Source: an uncultured Atopobium sp. (GTDB taxonomy: Bacteria; Actinomycetota; Coriobacteriia; Coriobacteriales; Atopobiaceae). From it: DNA of 64,000 nucleotides. The translations under genes were made by a program, and so were the position numbers. This document shows positions 36,336-46,145 of this stretch, piece after piece. The stretch lies in the NCBI GenBank assembly GCA_902485095.1, contig CABTJC010000011.1:197564-261563 (forward strand), given 5' to 3'. The notes under the pieces were generated by a model. That model saw only the letters and a list, made by a program, of their open reading frames with translations. It was not told where the DNA came from and did no database searches. Position 1 is the first letter of the stretch. Every line of letters starts with the position of its first letter.

Positions 36336-37937
36336 ATGAGCGAGTTTATTAACCGTCCACTTTCGCGTCGCGGCTTCCTTGGCGGAGCAACTGTAGCAGC
36401 TGGCCTTGGCCTCACCGCTTGCGGTGGCGGACAGCAGAAGGCAGCTGAGGCTCCATCTGGAAAGGAAGGCGGCGGCACAATTACTGCTGGAACCGCTTAT
36501 TCAACACAGAACTATGATCCATCTACTACTTCATCAGCACTTGCCCTTGGTGTTAACTGGCAGGTAGTTGAGGGTCTCTATGGCCTAAACTTCCACGACT
36601 ATTCCACCTTCAATGAGCTTGCTACTGCTGATCCTAAGAAGGTTGACGATTACACCTTTGAGATTACCCTCCGTGACGGCGCAAAGTTCTCTGATGGTAA
36701 TGAAGTTAAGGCAGATGACGTTGTTGAGTCCTTCAACCGTTCCGCTGCTAAGGGTAGCGTTTACGTCCCAATGCTTTCCCCAATTGCTTCCGTAGAGAAG
36801 AAGGATGACAAGACTGTCACCGTTAAGACCACTATTGCTAACTTCTCCCTCCTCAAGGAGCGTCTGTCCATTGTTCGCGTTGTTCCAGCAAGCAGCTCCC
36901 AGGATGAGATGAAGAAGCAGCCAGTTGGTTCTGGTCCATGGCAGTTTGAGTCCATCTCTGACAACACTCTTGACCTTGTTCCTAACAAAAACTACAACGG
37001 CGCAACTCCTGCTAAGGACGAGAAGCTCCACTATGACGTCCTTAAGGATCCAACCGCTCGTCTGACCGCTCAGCAGGATGGAACCACTCTTGCTATGGAA
37101 ATGGTTCCTGCAGACGCTGTAGATCAGCTCAAGGGCGCAGGCTGCACCGTTGACGCTGTTCAGGGCTTTGGTGTCCGCTTTGCAATGTTCAACCTTGGCA
37201 AGGCTCCTTGGGACAACGTTAAGGTTCGCCAGGCATGCCTCTATGCACTTGATACAGACAAGATGCTTGCAAACGCATTCTCTGGTCAAGCTGAGGTTGC
37301 TACCAGCTACCTTCCTTCTTCCTTTGCTAACTATCACAAGGCATCTACTGTCTATGCACACGATGTTGATAAGGCTAAGAAGCTCATTTCTGAGTCTGGC
37401 ATCACTCCTGGTGATGTTGTTCTTCGCACCACCGATAACGAGCAGGTTAAGTCCATGGCAACTCAGGTCAAGAATGATCTTGACGCACTTGGCTTTAATG
37501 TAAGCATCGTTTCCGATACTTCTCCAGCAACCTATGCTGCAATTGACGCAGTTGACGGCTCTTGGGACATCCTGCTTGCCCCTGGCGATCCTTCCTGCTT
37601 CGGTGCAGACGTCGACCTGCTGCTCAACTGGTGGTATGGCGATAACGTCTGGATGACCAAGCGTTGCCCATGGAAGGAGTCCGCTGAGTGGACCAAGCTC
37701 CACGAGCTCATGACCAAGGCTCTTGGCCAGTCTGGTGCTGATCAGCAGTCCACTTGGAACGAGTGCTTCGACATCATCGCTGAGAACGTACCTCTGTACC
37801 CAGTTCTCTTTGCTAAGACCTTCACCGCTTCCTGGAGCGAGAAGCCAAACAGCAACGGCGTTGCTCTCAAGGGCTTCAAGGGCATCGGAACCACCGGCCT
37901 GTCCTTCATTGATGTCAACACAGTTACTGCTAGCTAA
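36336..37937 (+). CDS. ABC transporter substrate-binding lipoprotein, family 5 (candidate sialic-acid SatA/SiaE-like)
   Basis: Tat signal RRGFLGGATVAAGLGLTACGG with lipobox; 533 aa family-5 SBP heading an operon that ends in nanA/nanK/nanE homologues. Confidence 0.85.
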   Translation: MSEFINRPLSRRGFLGGATVAAGLGLTACGGGQQKAAEAPSGKEGGGTITAGTAYSTQNYDPSTTSSALALGVNWQVVEGLYGLNFHDYSTFNELATADPKKVDDYTFEITLRDGAKFSDGNEVKADDVVESFNRSAAKGSVYVPMLSPIASVEKKDDKTVTVKTTIANFSLLKERLSIVRVVPASSSQDEMKKQPVGSGPWQFESISDNTLDLVPNKNYNGATPAKDEKLHYDVLKDPTARLTAQQDGTTLAMEMVPADAVDQLKGAGCTVDAVQGFGVRFAMFNLGKAPWDNVKVRQACLYALDTDKMLANAFSGQAEVATSYLPSSFANYHKASTVYAHDVDKAKKLISESGITPGDVVLRTTDNEQVKSMATQVKNDLDALGFNVSIVSDTSPATYAAIDAVDGSWDILLAPGDPSCFGADVDLLLNWWYGDNVWMTKRCPWKESAEWTKLHELMTKALGQSGADQQSTWNECFDIIAENVPLYPVLFAKTFTASWSEKPNSNGVALKGFKGIGTTGLSFIDVNTVTAS

Positions 37938-38092
37938 TTTGTTGTCGTCACGCGCTTAGCATCTCATAGATTGGGGCCCGAGCGTTTTACTTATAACGCT
38001 CGGGCTCTTGTGCTCAAAATTTAGTCCTGAGGTGCACAAAGTCTCATCAAATTTTATTTGTACGGTTTGTTTTAAAGAGAGAGGGGGAGATA

Positions 38093-39049
38093 GTGAACAA
38101 CCTATTACGTCTTATCGGACGCCGTCTTATTGCGCTGCCGATTATGGCTTTAGGCGTCACCTTTCTCGTATTCTTCCTAATGTCTTTCTCGCATGTTGAT
38201 CCTGCATACAATGCCTTGGGAGAGTCTGCTTCTGAAGAAGCTATCCAGCAGTATCACATTGAGAATGGCCTTGATGACCCATGGCCTGTGAGATATGTAC
38301 GCTATATCGGTGATGTTGCTCATGGAAACTTGGGTACCTACGGCACTTCTCACTATTCAGTTGCTGAAAGAATTTCAAAGGCTCTGCCAGTAACTATGCA
38401 GTTGACCTTTATGGGTCTCTTTATTGGCGCAATAGTTTCGTTTACGTTGGGCGTTATTGCGGCTCTCTATAGAGATCAATGGCCCGATCAAATCATCCGC
38501 GTATTCTCAATTGCCGGTCTTGCAACGCCATCATTCTGGTTGGCAGTTCTTTTGATTCTGGTCTTTGCGTCTACGCTCAAGCTTTTGCCCGCCTCTGGAG
38601 CGCTGCCAGATCCTACGGTAAATCTTGTCGGCTACCTGGCTCGTATGATTATGCCGGCATTTGCACTTGCGGTTCCAATGTCTGGTCAGATGACCCGTAT
38701 TGTTCGTACCGCTATGGTCGAGGAGCTGGATAAGGACTACGTCCGTACTGCTCGCGGTGCTGGTATTCCAGAGAGAATCGTCATTGCAAGAAACGTACTT
38801 CGCAACGCTCTTATTACCCCTGTAACTACACTTGGTCTTAAGATTGGTTACCTCATGGGTGGCGCCGTTGTTATCGAGGTTATTTTTAACCTTCCTGGCA
38901 TGGGTACCGCAATTCTTGAGGGCATCCAGGGTAACGAGGCAATGCTTGTTCAGGGCGTTGTTGTTGTCGTTGCACTGTCCTTCATCATCATCAACATTGT
39001 TGTTGATATGTTGTACATCTTGATTAACCCACGCATTAGGACGGTGTAG
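38093..39049 (+). CDS. ABC transporter permease (DppB-like)
   Basis: GTG start after RBS GAGAGGGGGAGA; 318 aa; six TM segments; permease loop motif YVRTARGAGI. Confidence 0.88.
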   Translation: MNNLLRLIGRRLIALPIMALGVTFLVFFLMSFSHVDPAYNALGESASEEAIQQYHIENGLDDPWPVRYVRYIGDVAHGNLGTYGTSHYSVAERISKALPVTMQLTFMGLFIGAIVSFTLGVIAALYRDQWPDQIIRVFSIAGLATPSFWLAVLLILVFASTLKLLPASGALPDPTVNLVGYLARMIMPAFALAVPMSGQMTRIVRTAMVEELDKDYVRTARGAGIPERIVIARNVLRNALITPVTTLGLKIGYLMGGAVVIEVIFNLPGMGTAILEGIQGNEAMLVQGVVVVVALSFIIINIVVDMLYILINPRIRTV

Positions 39050-39053
39050 TGCG

Positions 39054-41093
39054 ATGGTACAAATTAGAAAAAAACAAGTCGAGAAGCTCGAAGAAGCTGC
39101 TGCAAAGGGTTCAACCTTTGGTGGCTTTAAGAAGATGAAGACAGCTTCCAAGATTGCTCTTGTCATTCTTGTCTTTGTTGTTCTTGCTTCTGTCTTTGCA
39201 AACTTTATTGCTCCACATAACCCACTTGAGATCTTCAACGCTCGTCAGGCTCCAGGTAATGGATTTATTTTTGGTACTGACGATAAGGGCCGCGATATTC
39301 TTTCTCGTATGCTCCATGGTGGTCAGTATTCACTGGTTATTGGTTTTGGTGCTACGGGTATGGCACTTTTGTGTGGCTCAATTATTGGTGCTATTGCCGC
39401 TGTTTCTAGAAAGGCTGTCTCTGAGGTCATCATGCGTGTGCTCGACATCATCATGTCGTTCCCAGGCATTGCACTTGCAGCAGTCTTTGTTTCTATTCTT
39501 GGTAACAGCGTTCCTTCAATCATCTTTGCCATTGGCTTTATGTACACGCCACAGATTGCGCGTATTGTTCGTGCAAACATCGTAAGTGAGTACGGCGAGG
39601 ATTACGTAAGGGCAACCATTGTTTCTGGTGCTCGTGCTCCTTGGATTCTGTGGAAGCATGTTCTTCGTAACTGCATTGCTCCCATCATGGTCTTTACCGT
39701 TACGCTGGTAGCAGACGCAATTATCTTTGAGGCATCTTTGACCTTCATCGGTGCAGGTATTGCAGAGCCAACTCCAACATGGGGTAATATTCTGGCTGAT
39801 GCTCGTGCTGGCGTTCTTGCTGGTCGTTGGTGGCAGGCATTCTTCCCAGGCCTAGCTATTATGATGACCTGCCTGGCACTGAACATCCTCTCCGAGGGTC
39901 TTACTGATGCTATGGCAGCAGCACCTGGAGCTCCTGTTGACACAGAGAACTCTGATTCCAGGCGTGCAGATGACATCCTGGCATCTGATCCAGTTCGTGC
40001 GTACGCAGAGCAGGCAGAGTCTCTTGAGCGCAGACTTAATGCACTCAAAGAGGTTGAGCTGTCCAGAACAGACAGACGCAAGCCAGACTTTGATGTTGCA
40101 CCATTGCTCAGCGTTAAAGATTTGTGCATCAGCTTTGAGTCTCACGGAGACGTCAAGGTTGTTGACCATGTAAGCTTTGATGTCCGTCCTGGTCAGTGCA
40201 TGGCGCTGGTCGGCGAGTCTGGCTGCGGCAAGTCAATTACCACCAAGGTCATCATGGGTCTGACTGATCCAAAGGAAACCATTACTGGCGAGGTTCTCTA
40301 CAAAGACCAAGACCTCCTGAAGCTCTCCAAAGAAGAGCACCGCAAGCTGCTTGGTCACGAGCTTGCAATGGTGTACCAGGATGCTCTGTCTTCGCTGAAC
40401 CCTTCCATGCTTATCTCTTCTCAGATGAAGCAACTTACCAGCAGGGGAGGCACTCGTTCCGCAGAGGAGCTTCTAGAGCTTGTAGGCCTGGATCCAAAGC
40501 GTACGCTTGAGTCTTATCCACATGAGCTTTCTGGTGGTCAGCGTCAGCGTGTTCTGATTGCTATGGCATTAACCCGCGATCCTTCTCTGGTTATTTGCGA
40601 CGAGCCAACAACCGCTCTGGACGTTACTGTTCAGAAGCAGGTCATCAAGCTCTTGAATGACCTCCAGCGTCGTCTTGGCTTCGCAATGATCTTTGTTAGC
40701 CACGACCTTGCACTTGTTGCAGAGGTTGCTTCTGAGATTACCGTTATGTACGCAGGCCAGGTTATTGAGCAGGCAGCTACTACTGAGCTTCTGACCAATC
40801 CTGTTCACGAGTACACCCGCGGTCTTCTCGGCTCTGTTCTTTCCATTGAGGAAGGCGCACAGGATGGTACCAGGCTTCACCAGGTACCAGGTTCTGTTCC
40901 TTCTCCAGAAGACTTCCCAACAGGCGATAGGTTTGCTCCTCGTTCAAGCCACCCAGATTTGGGACTTGAGGTTCACCCTGTTATCAAGGAGATTCCTGGT
41001 AAGCACCATCGTTTCTCCGAGCTGCCTGATGAGTATCTGAAGGAGCATGGTCTTGTGCCTTACCTTGAGCGTTCTCAAAAGGAGGTGAGGTAA
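39054..41093 (+). CDS. Fused ABC permease (DppC-like, N-terminal ~300 aa) and ATP-binding domain (DppD-like)
   Basis: N-terminal polytopic permease, then a linker, then Walker A GESGCGKSIT, signature LSGGQRQR, Walker B VICDEPTTALD, all in one 679-aa ORF. Confidence 0.85.
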   Translation: MVQIRKKQVEKLEEAAAKGSTFGGFKKMKTASKIALVILVFVVLASVFANFIAPHNPLEIFNARQAPGNGFIFGTDDKGRDILSRMLHGGQYSLVIGFGATGMALLCGSIIGAIAAVSRKAVSEVIMRVLDIIMSFPGIALAAVFVSILGNSVPSIIFAIGFMYTPQIARIVRANIVSEYGEDYVRATIVSGARAPWILWKHVLRNCIAPIMVFTVTLVADAIIFEASLTFIGAGIAEPTPTWGNILADARAGVLAGRWWQAFFPGLAIMMTCLALNILSEGLTDAMAAAPGAPVDTENSDSRRADDILASDPVRAYAEQAESLERRLNALKEVELSRTDRRKPDFDVAPLLSVKDLCISFESHGDVKVVDHVSFDVRPGQCMALVGESGCGKSITTKVIMGLTDPKETITGEVLYKDQDLLKLSKEEHRKLLGHELAMVYQDALSSLNPSMLISSQMKQLTSRGGTRSAEELLELVGLDPKRTLESYPHELSGGQRQRVLIAMALTRDPSLVICDEPTTALDVTVQKQVIKLLNDLQRRLGFAMIFVSHDLALVAEVASEITVMYAGQVIEQAATTELLTNPVHEYTRGLLGSVLSIEEGAQDGTRLHQVPGSVPSPEDFPTGDRFAPRSSHPDLGLEVHPVIKEIPGKHHRFSELPDEYLKEHGLVPYLERSQKEVR

Positions 41094-41915
41094 ATGGCTA
41101 CAACAACTGAAGAGCAGCCAATTATCTTCCTCGATGACATTTCGGTTACGTTTAAAACACGTACGGGTTCAATCTTTAAGCCTAATAAGGTTCACGCAGT
41201 ACAGAATGTTTCTCTCAAGCTTATGCCTGGTGAGACCATTGGTATTGTTGGTGAGTCTGGCTGCGGAAAGTCTACTACCGCAAATGTCATGTGTGGCCTT
41301 CAGTCACCAACGTCCGGTCATGTGTACTTCAAGGGAATGGATGTTACCAAGCGTACTCCAGAGCTTAGAAAGCAGATTGGCCGCGTTGTCTCTGTTGTCT
41401 TCCAGGACCCAGCAACTGCTCTTAACCCTCGTATGATTGTTAAAGACCAGCTCATGGATCCACTGCTCGTGCACAAGGTAGGAACAGAAGAGGAGCGAGA
41501 AGCCCGTATTAATGAGCTTGTCGGTTTGGTAGGACTTCCACATTCCGCACTTCGCGCCCTTCCAGGTCAGCTCTCTGGTGGTCAGCGTCAGCGTGTTGCA
41601 ATTGCACGTGCGCTTTCTCTGAACCCATCGGCAATCATTGCTGACGAGCCTACTTCCGCACTGGACGTTTCTGTTCGCGCACAGATCTTGAACCTGCTCA
41701 CCGACCTCAAGTCTGAGCTGGGTCTCTCGATGATTTTTATTTCGCACGATATTCAGACTGTCCGCTATGTTTCTGACCGCATCATTGTTATGAATCACGG
41801 CCAGATTATGGAAGATGGTCCTGCTAAGCAGGTCTTTGAGCATCCAACAGATCCTTACACTAAGACGCTTTTGGGTGCTGCACCATCTTTGCTTCATCCT
41901 AAACTGGGTGAGTAG
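41094..41915 (+). CDS. ABC transporter ATP-binding protein (DppF-like)
   Basis: GESGCGKSTT, LSGGQRQRVAIARAL, IIADEPTSALD; 273 aa. Confidence 0.9.
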   Translation: MATTTEEQPIIFLDDISVTFKTRTGSIFKPNKVHAVQNVSLKLMPGETIGIVGESGCGKSTTANVMCGLQSPTSGHVYFKGMDVTKRTPELRKQIGRVVSVVFQDPATALNPRMIVKDQLMDPLLVHKVGTEEEREARINELVGLVGLPHSALRALPGQLSGGQRQRVAIARALSLNPSAIIADEPTSALDVSVRAQILNLLTDLKSELGLSMIFISHDIQTVRYVSDRIIVMNHGQIMEDGPAKQVFEHPTDPYTKTLLGAAPSLLHPKLGE

Positions 41916-41936
41916 CGCTTACGTTTTTGTTTGACT

Positions 41937-41966
41937 AGAGCGCAGCTTAGGCTGCGCTCTTTTAGC
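41937..41966 (+). terminator. hairpin/terminator between the transporter ATPase and the esterase gene
   Basis: AGAGCGCAGC pairs with GCTGCGCTCT across loop TTAG, followed by TTTTAGC. Confidence 0.5.
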
Positions 41967-41981
41967 TTGTTAGGTGGATCA

Positions 41982-43022
41982 ATGCACCAAGAAACGCTTG
42001 AGCTTGCAGAATTGAAGGCAGCTCATGCTTTGACGCCCTATCCTTCGGATTTTGAGGCGTTTTGGAAGGCACGTATGGAGGAAGCAGATAACGCTCCTCT
42101 CAGCTGGCAGATTGTTCCTTCAACAGAGGTCACATCAACTGCTTCAGCTCACTTTTTTGACCTAACGTTTGTGGGTATTGATGGCGCAGAAGTCTATGCA
42201 AAGTATCTGCGACCACAGACTGCCTTAGATGTACAAACCCCGCTTGTTTTACAGTTTCATGGCTATCCAGGATCTTCTCGCAGTTGGTTTGAGCAGAGCT
42301 CATTTTTGGGCTTGGGCTGCTCGCTGATTGCGCTTGATAATCCTGGGCAGGGTGGCCGTAGTTTGGACGGAAGCTCGTACAAGAGCACTACCGTCTCGGG
42401 TCACTTGGTGCTCGGACTAGATGGACCTGTAGAGGACCTTTACTTTGTTCATTTGTATCAGAATATTCGCTTGCTCTGCAGAATTGTTCGCCAGCTTGAA
42501 GGAATTGATACAAATCGCGTTTTTGTAAACGGCGCGTCACAGGGCGGCGGTATTGGTCTTGCTACCTGCGCACTCAATCAAGACCTTATCAACAGGGCAG
42601 CAATTCTTTATCCCTTCCTCACCGATTTTAGGTGTGTGTGGGAACTTAATGCTGATGAGGTTGCCTACGAGGGCATCCGTTATTATTCCCGCTGGTTTGA
42701 CGCAGATGGTTCTCGCGTTGATGAGGTCTTTGCAAAGCTTGCCTATATTGATTCAGCTAATTTTGCACGCCTGGTTACCTGTCCTGTGCTTTTTGGCACC
42801 GGACTTGATGACCCGGTAGTTCCTCCCGAGGCTCAGTTTGCAGCTTACAATGCCTTGACCTGCCCAAAGAGACATCTTCTTTATCCCGGATACGCGCATG
42901 AAGAGATTGGCGATTTTGACGATAAGATCATTGATTTCTTCTGCTCAGACAAGGGAGAGCAAGCTCTTGAAAAGTTGGACTCGTCATTTCCTGCTCAAGC
43001 AGAAGGCGAGGTGAAAGCATGA
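41982..43022 (+). CDS. CE7-family acetyl esterase (acetylxylan esterase/cephalosporin-C deacetylase-like; candidate sialate O-acetylesterase)
   Basis: Nucleophile elbow GASQGGG, alpha/beta-hydrolase fold. The ATG at 41982 follows RBS AGGTGG and the hairpin; the track start at 41931 would read through the hairpin. Confidence 0.7.
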   Translation: MHQETLELAELKAAHALTPYPSDFEAFWKARMEEADNAPLSWQIVPSTEVTSTASAHFFDLTFVGIDGAEVYAKYLRPQTALDVQTPLVLQFHGYPGSSRSWFEQSSFLGLGCSLIALDNPGQGGRSLDGSSYKSTTVSGHLVLGLDGPVEDLYFVHLYQNIRLLCRIVRQLEGIDTNRVFVNGASQGGGIGLATCALNQDLINRAAILYPFLTDFRCVWELNADEVAYEGIRYYSRWFDADGSRVDEVFAKLAYIDSANFARLVTCPVLFGTGLDDPVVPPEAQFAAYNALTCPKRHLLYPGYAHEEIGDFDDKIIDFFCSDKGEQALEKLDSSFPAQAEGEVKA

Positions 43023-44005
43023 GGGGCTTAACACAAAGGCTTGAAGATGCTCGTTCTTATCGCGGCGCGTGGCTTAGACCATCAAACTTTGAATCATTTT
43101 GGGAGACGTCCGTAGCGTTTGCACAAAATGCGCACGTAGAGAGTGTGGTTGAGCTTCCGTCTGCTACCCAGGCGGCAACGTTTAAGCGCATCACATTCAC
43201 CTCAACTGACCAGACGCAGCTGCGTGCTCGCGTCATTCTTCCAGCAGGTGTGTCGGTGGCAGAACCGCTAGCTGCGACAGAGTTGTCCGCCCCAGCAGAG
43301 CTGTCCGCCTCGGCAAAACTGCCCGCGGTGGTGCTCTTCTCCGATCTTGGTCGGGGAGTGCGTAGCTGGCTGCACCTATTGCGTTTCTCTGCGCTTGGCA
43401 TGCCCGTTGTAGCCCTAGAGGCTCGCCCGTGCGAAGCGCCACTCAAAGACGCTTGGAGGGGAGCGTTGACCGCAGAGGAGCTTGCCCGCGCGCTCATCAA
43501 CCCAGATGACGCCGCATCCTCCACGCTCAAGCAGCTCATCGATGACGCACTGGTAACTGCCTCGGTTGCCTCACGCTTTCTGGGATGCACAACCGTTACC
43601 TGGGGAGAAGGTCTAGGCGGCTCGCAGGCATTGTTTGCGGCTGCGCTTCTGCCCAAGGATGTGAGCGCTACCATGGCGCTGAACCCGCTCTTTGCCGACA
43701 ACGCAACAACCCTGCGCTCGGTTGTCGGGTGCGGAGACACTCCGCAGTCAGATGCAGCTATCGACGCGGTCGGTCTTCTCGACAGCGCGTGCGCGGCCGA
43801 GCTGGTGCGTGTACCTGCGCTTATCGGCACGGCCCTGCTGGACCAGACCGCGCCAACTGAGGGAACGTTTGCGCTGTTCAACCGCCTGAAAGGGCAGAAA
43901 GAGATACGCGTGTATCCCAAGTTTGGGCACGAGCGCATCAATCAATTTGAGAACGAGCAAATCAACTGTCTCTGCGAGGTTATATCAGGACTTTGTCATA
44001 ACTAA
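43019..44005 (+). CDS. Divergent alpha/beta-hydrolase (CE7-like paralogue) with atypical nucleophile motif
   Basis: 328 aa; ~60% GC versus ~50% for neighbours; GGSQA in place of canonical GxSxG; internal tandem ELSAPAELSASAKL repeat; overlaps the upstream gene by 4 nt. Confidence 0.55.
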   Translation: MRGLTQRLEDARSYRGAWLRPSNFESFWETSVAFAQNAHVESVVELPSATQAATFKRITFTSTDQTQLRARVILPAGVSVAEPLAATELSAPAELSASAKLPAVVLFSDLGRGVRSWLHLLRFSALGMPVVALEARPCEAPLKDAWRGALTAEELARALINPDDAASSTLKQLIDDALVTASVASRFLGCTTVTWGEGLGGSQALFAAALLPKDVSATMALNPLFADNATTLRSVVGCGDTPQSDAAIDAVGLLDSACAAELVRVPALIGTALLDQTAPTEGTFALFNRLKGQKEIRVYPKFGHERINQFENEQINCLCEVISGLCHN

Positions 44006-44122
44006 GCGGACTATAATTACGTAGGTTCTTTGAAGTTGCTTTTGATCAATGCTTTGGTCGGCCACTTCAGTACATTGTTGTATGAAACCAGTTGGATTTT
44101 CCAACGTGTGAAAGGATAAAGC

Positions 44123-45046
44123 ATGTCCAGTAACGTACCATTTAGCGGTGTTGTTCCACCAGTTGTAACCCCAGATACCCCAGACCATCAGCTTGATGTT
44201 GTGTCGTTTGAGCGCTCTATTAATCGTCTCATTGAAGCTGGCGTAGACGGCCTGTTCTTCCTTGGCTCTTCTGGCGAGGTTGTTTTTGCAACTGATGAGC
44301 GCCGCGATCAGATTGTGCGCGAGGCTGTCCGCATTGTTGACCACCGCGTTCCGGTCCTTGTGGGCATCATTGATACCGAGACCGAGCGTGTCTTGGAGCA
44401 CGGTCGCCGTGCCCTCGCACTGGGCGCAGATGCTCTTGTAGCAACCGCTCCTTTCTACGCACTTGGTGGCCCAGCTGATGTTGAGGAGCACTTCCGCATC
44501 CTTCACCAGGAGTTGGATGCACCTCTGTTTGCGTATGACATTCCTGTCTGTGTTCATACTAAACTTCCTTGGAAGATGCTTGCTCGTCTGGGTGCAGAGG
44601 GCGTTCTTGCAGGCGTCAAAGACTCTTCTGGCGATGACGTTTCCTTCAGATATCTTGTTCAGGAAAACGAGAAGAACGGTCATCCTCTGACCCTTTTGAC
44701 CGGCCATGAGATTGTTGTTGACGGCGCCCTTCTTTCTGGTGCAGACGGTTCTGTTCCTGGCCTTGCTAATGTTGAGCCAGAGGGCTACGTCCGCATGTGG
44801 AAGGCAGCTCAGGAAGGTAACTGGGCAGAGGTCAAGCGTGAGCAGGACCGACTTAACGAGATTTCCCACATCTTTGATGTCACTTCAGGCGTTCAGGGCT
44901 ATGGTGCTGGCGTTGGCGCATTCAAGTGCGCACTTAACCTCATGGGTATCTTTGATTCTGATCAGATGCCTCGTCCAGTTAAGCCACTTGATGGCCAGAA
45001 CCGTGAGGCAATCAAGCAGGTTCTTGTTGCAAACGGCCTTCTCTAA
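44123..45046 (+). CDS. nanA: DapA-family lyase (N-acetylneuraminate lyase-like)
   Basis: DapA/NanA fold with GSSGE motif (FFLGSSGEVVF); 307 aa; followed by ROK kinase and NanE homologues. Confidence 0.75.
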   Translation: MSSNVPFSGVVPPVVTPDTPDHQLDVVSFERSINRLIEAGVDGLFFLGSSGEVVFATDERRDQIVREAVRIVDHRVPVLVGIIDTETERVLEHGRRALALGADALVATAPFYALGGPADVEEHFRILHQELDAPLFAYDIPVCVHTKLPWKMLARLGAEGVLAGVKDSSGDDVSFRYLVQENEKNGHPLTLLTGHEIVVDGALLSGADGSVPGLANVEPEGYVRMWKAAQEGNWAEVKREQDRLNEISHIFDVTSGVQGYGAGVGAFKCALNLMGIFDSDQMPRPVKPLDGQNREAIKQVLVANGLL

Positions 45047-45061
45047 ACAAGAGGGGACACC

Positions 45062-46051
45062 ATGGACTCTAAGTTTGTTTATCCAACACATGTTTGCGCC
45101 GTTGATATTGGCGGCACAAAAATTGCCTGTGGCATAGTCACTCTTAACGGCACCGACGCTCCAAACGTTCAGTCCGTAAAAAAGGTTCCTACCAATGCAA
45201 AAGAGGGTGGCAAGCAGGTTCTTGCCACCGTTCTGCAGGCAATTAGAGAGGCTCTTGCTCGCGCAGAAGAGCTGGACCTTACCATTTCCGGCGTAGGCAT
45301 TTCTTCTGCTGGTGTTGTTGATCCTCGCACCGGAGACATCACTTACGCAAATGAGCTTATGCCAGGCTGGGGTGGAACCGCTCTTGGCTCTGCAGTTACC
45401 AGCGAGTTTGGCCTTCCGTGCAGCGTTCTCAATGACGTTCACGCCCATGCTCTGGGCGAGGCTCGTCATGGCGCTGGCCACGGCAAAGACAGCGTTCTAA
45501 CCGTAGCGGTTGGCACGGGCATTGGTGGCGCCTTTGTGAACCACGGCATCTTGATGCTGGGTGCTCACGACGAGGCTGGCCACATTGGTCACGTTGCAAC
45601 TCCAGCCGCTGCAGGCGTTGATTGTCCGTGTGGTGGAACTTCTCACCTTGAGCCTGTTTCTGCAGGTCCTGGCATTATTCGCGAGTATGTCCGTCTTGGC
45701 GGCTCCGACACGCTTGAAGACGGCTCTGCTCTTGATGGAGCCGAGATTGACCGCAGAGCTCTTGCTGGCGAGAAGATCGCTCAAGCTGCAGAGGAGCGCT
45801 CGGGCCGCGCGCTTGGTGAGGTTCTGGGCAGCATGTGCAACATGCTTGACCCTTCTGTCATCATTCTGTCTGGCTCCGTTGCAGAGTGCGGAAAGTACTG
45901 GCACGAGGCACTTGAAGCTGCATTTAAGCTGCAGGCAATGCCTCCCGTTCAGGCAACGCCCATTGTGAAGGGCACGCTTGGTGGAGAAGCTCCTCTTATT
46001 GGAGCTGCAGAAAACCTTATTCTACCTGGTTATTTAGAGACACGTCTTTAG
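45062..46051 (+). CDS. nanK: ROK-family sugar kinase (N-acetylmannosamine kinase-like)
   Basis: N-terminal ATP-binding DIGGTKIACG, ROK zinc motif CPCGGTSHLE; 329 aa with no N-terminal HTH, so a kinase rather than a repressor. Confidence 0.78.
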   Translation: MDSKFVYPTHVCAVDIGGTKIACGIVTLNGTDAPNVQSVKKVPTNAKEGGKQVLATVLQAIREALARAEELDLTISGVGISSAGVVDPRTGDITYANELMPGWGGTALGSAVTSEFGLPCSVLNDVHAHALGEARHGAGHGKDSVLTVAVGTGIGGAFVNHGILMLGAHDEAGHIGHVATPAAAGVDCPCGGTSHLEPVSAGPGIIREYVRLGGSDTLEDGSALDGAEIDRRALAGEKIAQAAEERSGRALGEVLGSMCNMLDPSVIILSGSVAECGKYWHEALEAAFKLQAMPPVQATPIVKGTLGGEAPLIGAAENLILPGYLETRL

Positions 46052-46145
46052 GCATAAGCATGTCAGCAGGCATATTGCTTGCTGACTAGGTATGTCGCAA
46101 AGACAGACACCTTTAACGTACGTACATTTTTGTGAGGAGAATACC

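Noticed and set aside
36585-37703. 372-aa minus-strand ORF
   Set aside because: Antisense shadow of the family-5 SBP gene (36336-37937).
43985-44869. 294-aa minus-strand ORF
   Set aside because: Lies antisense to the DapA/NanA-like gene (44123-45046), which has clear family motifs; the antisense translation has no recognisable features.
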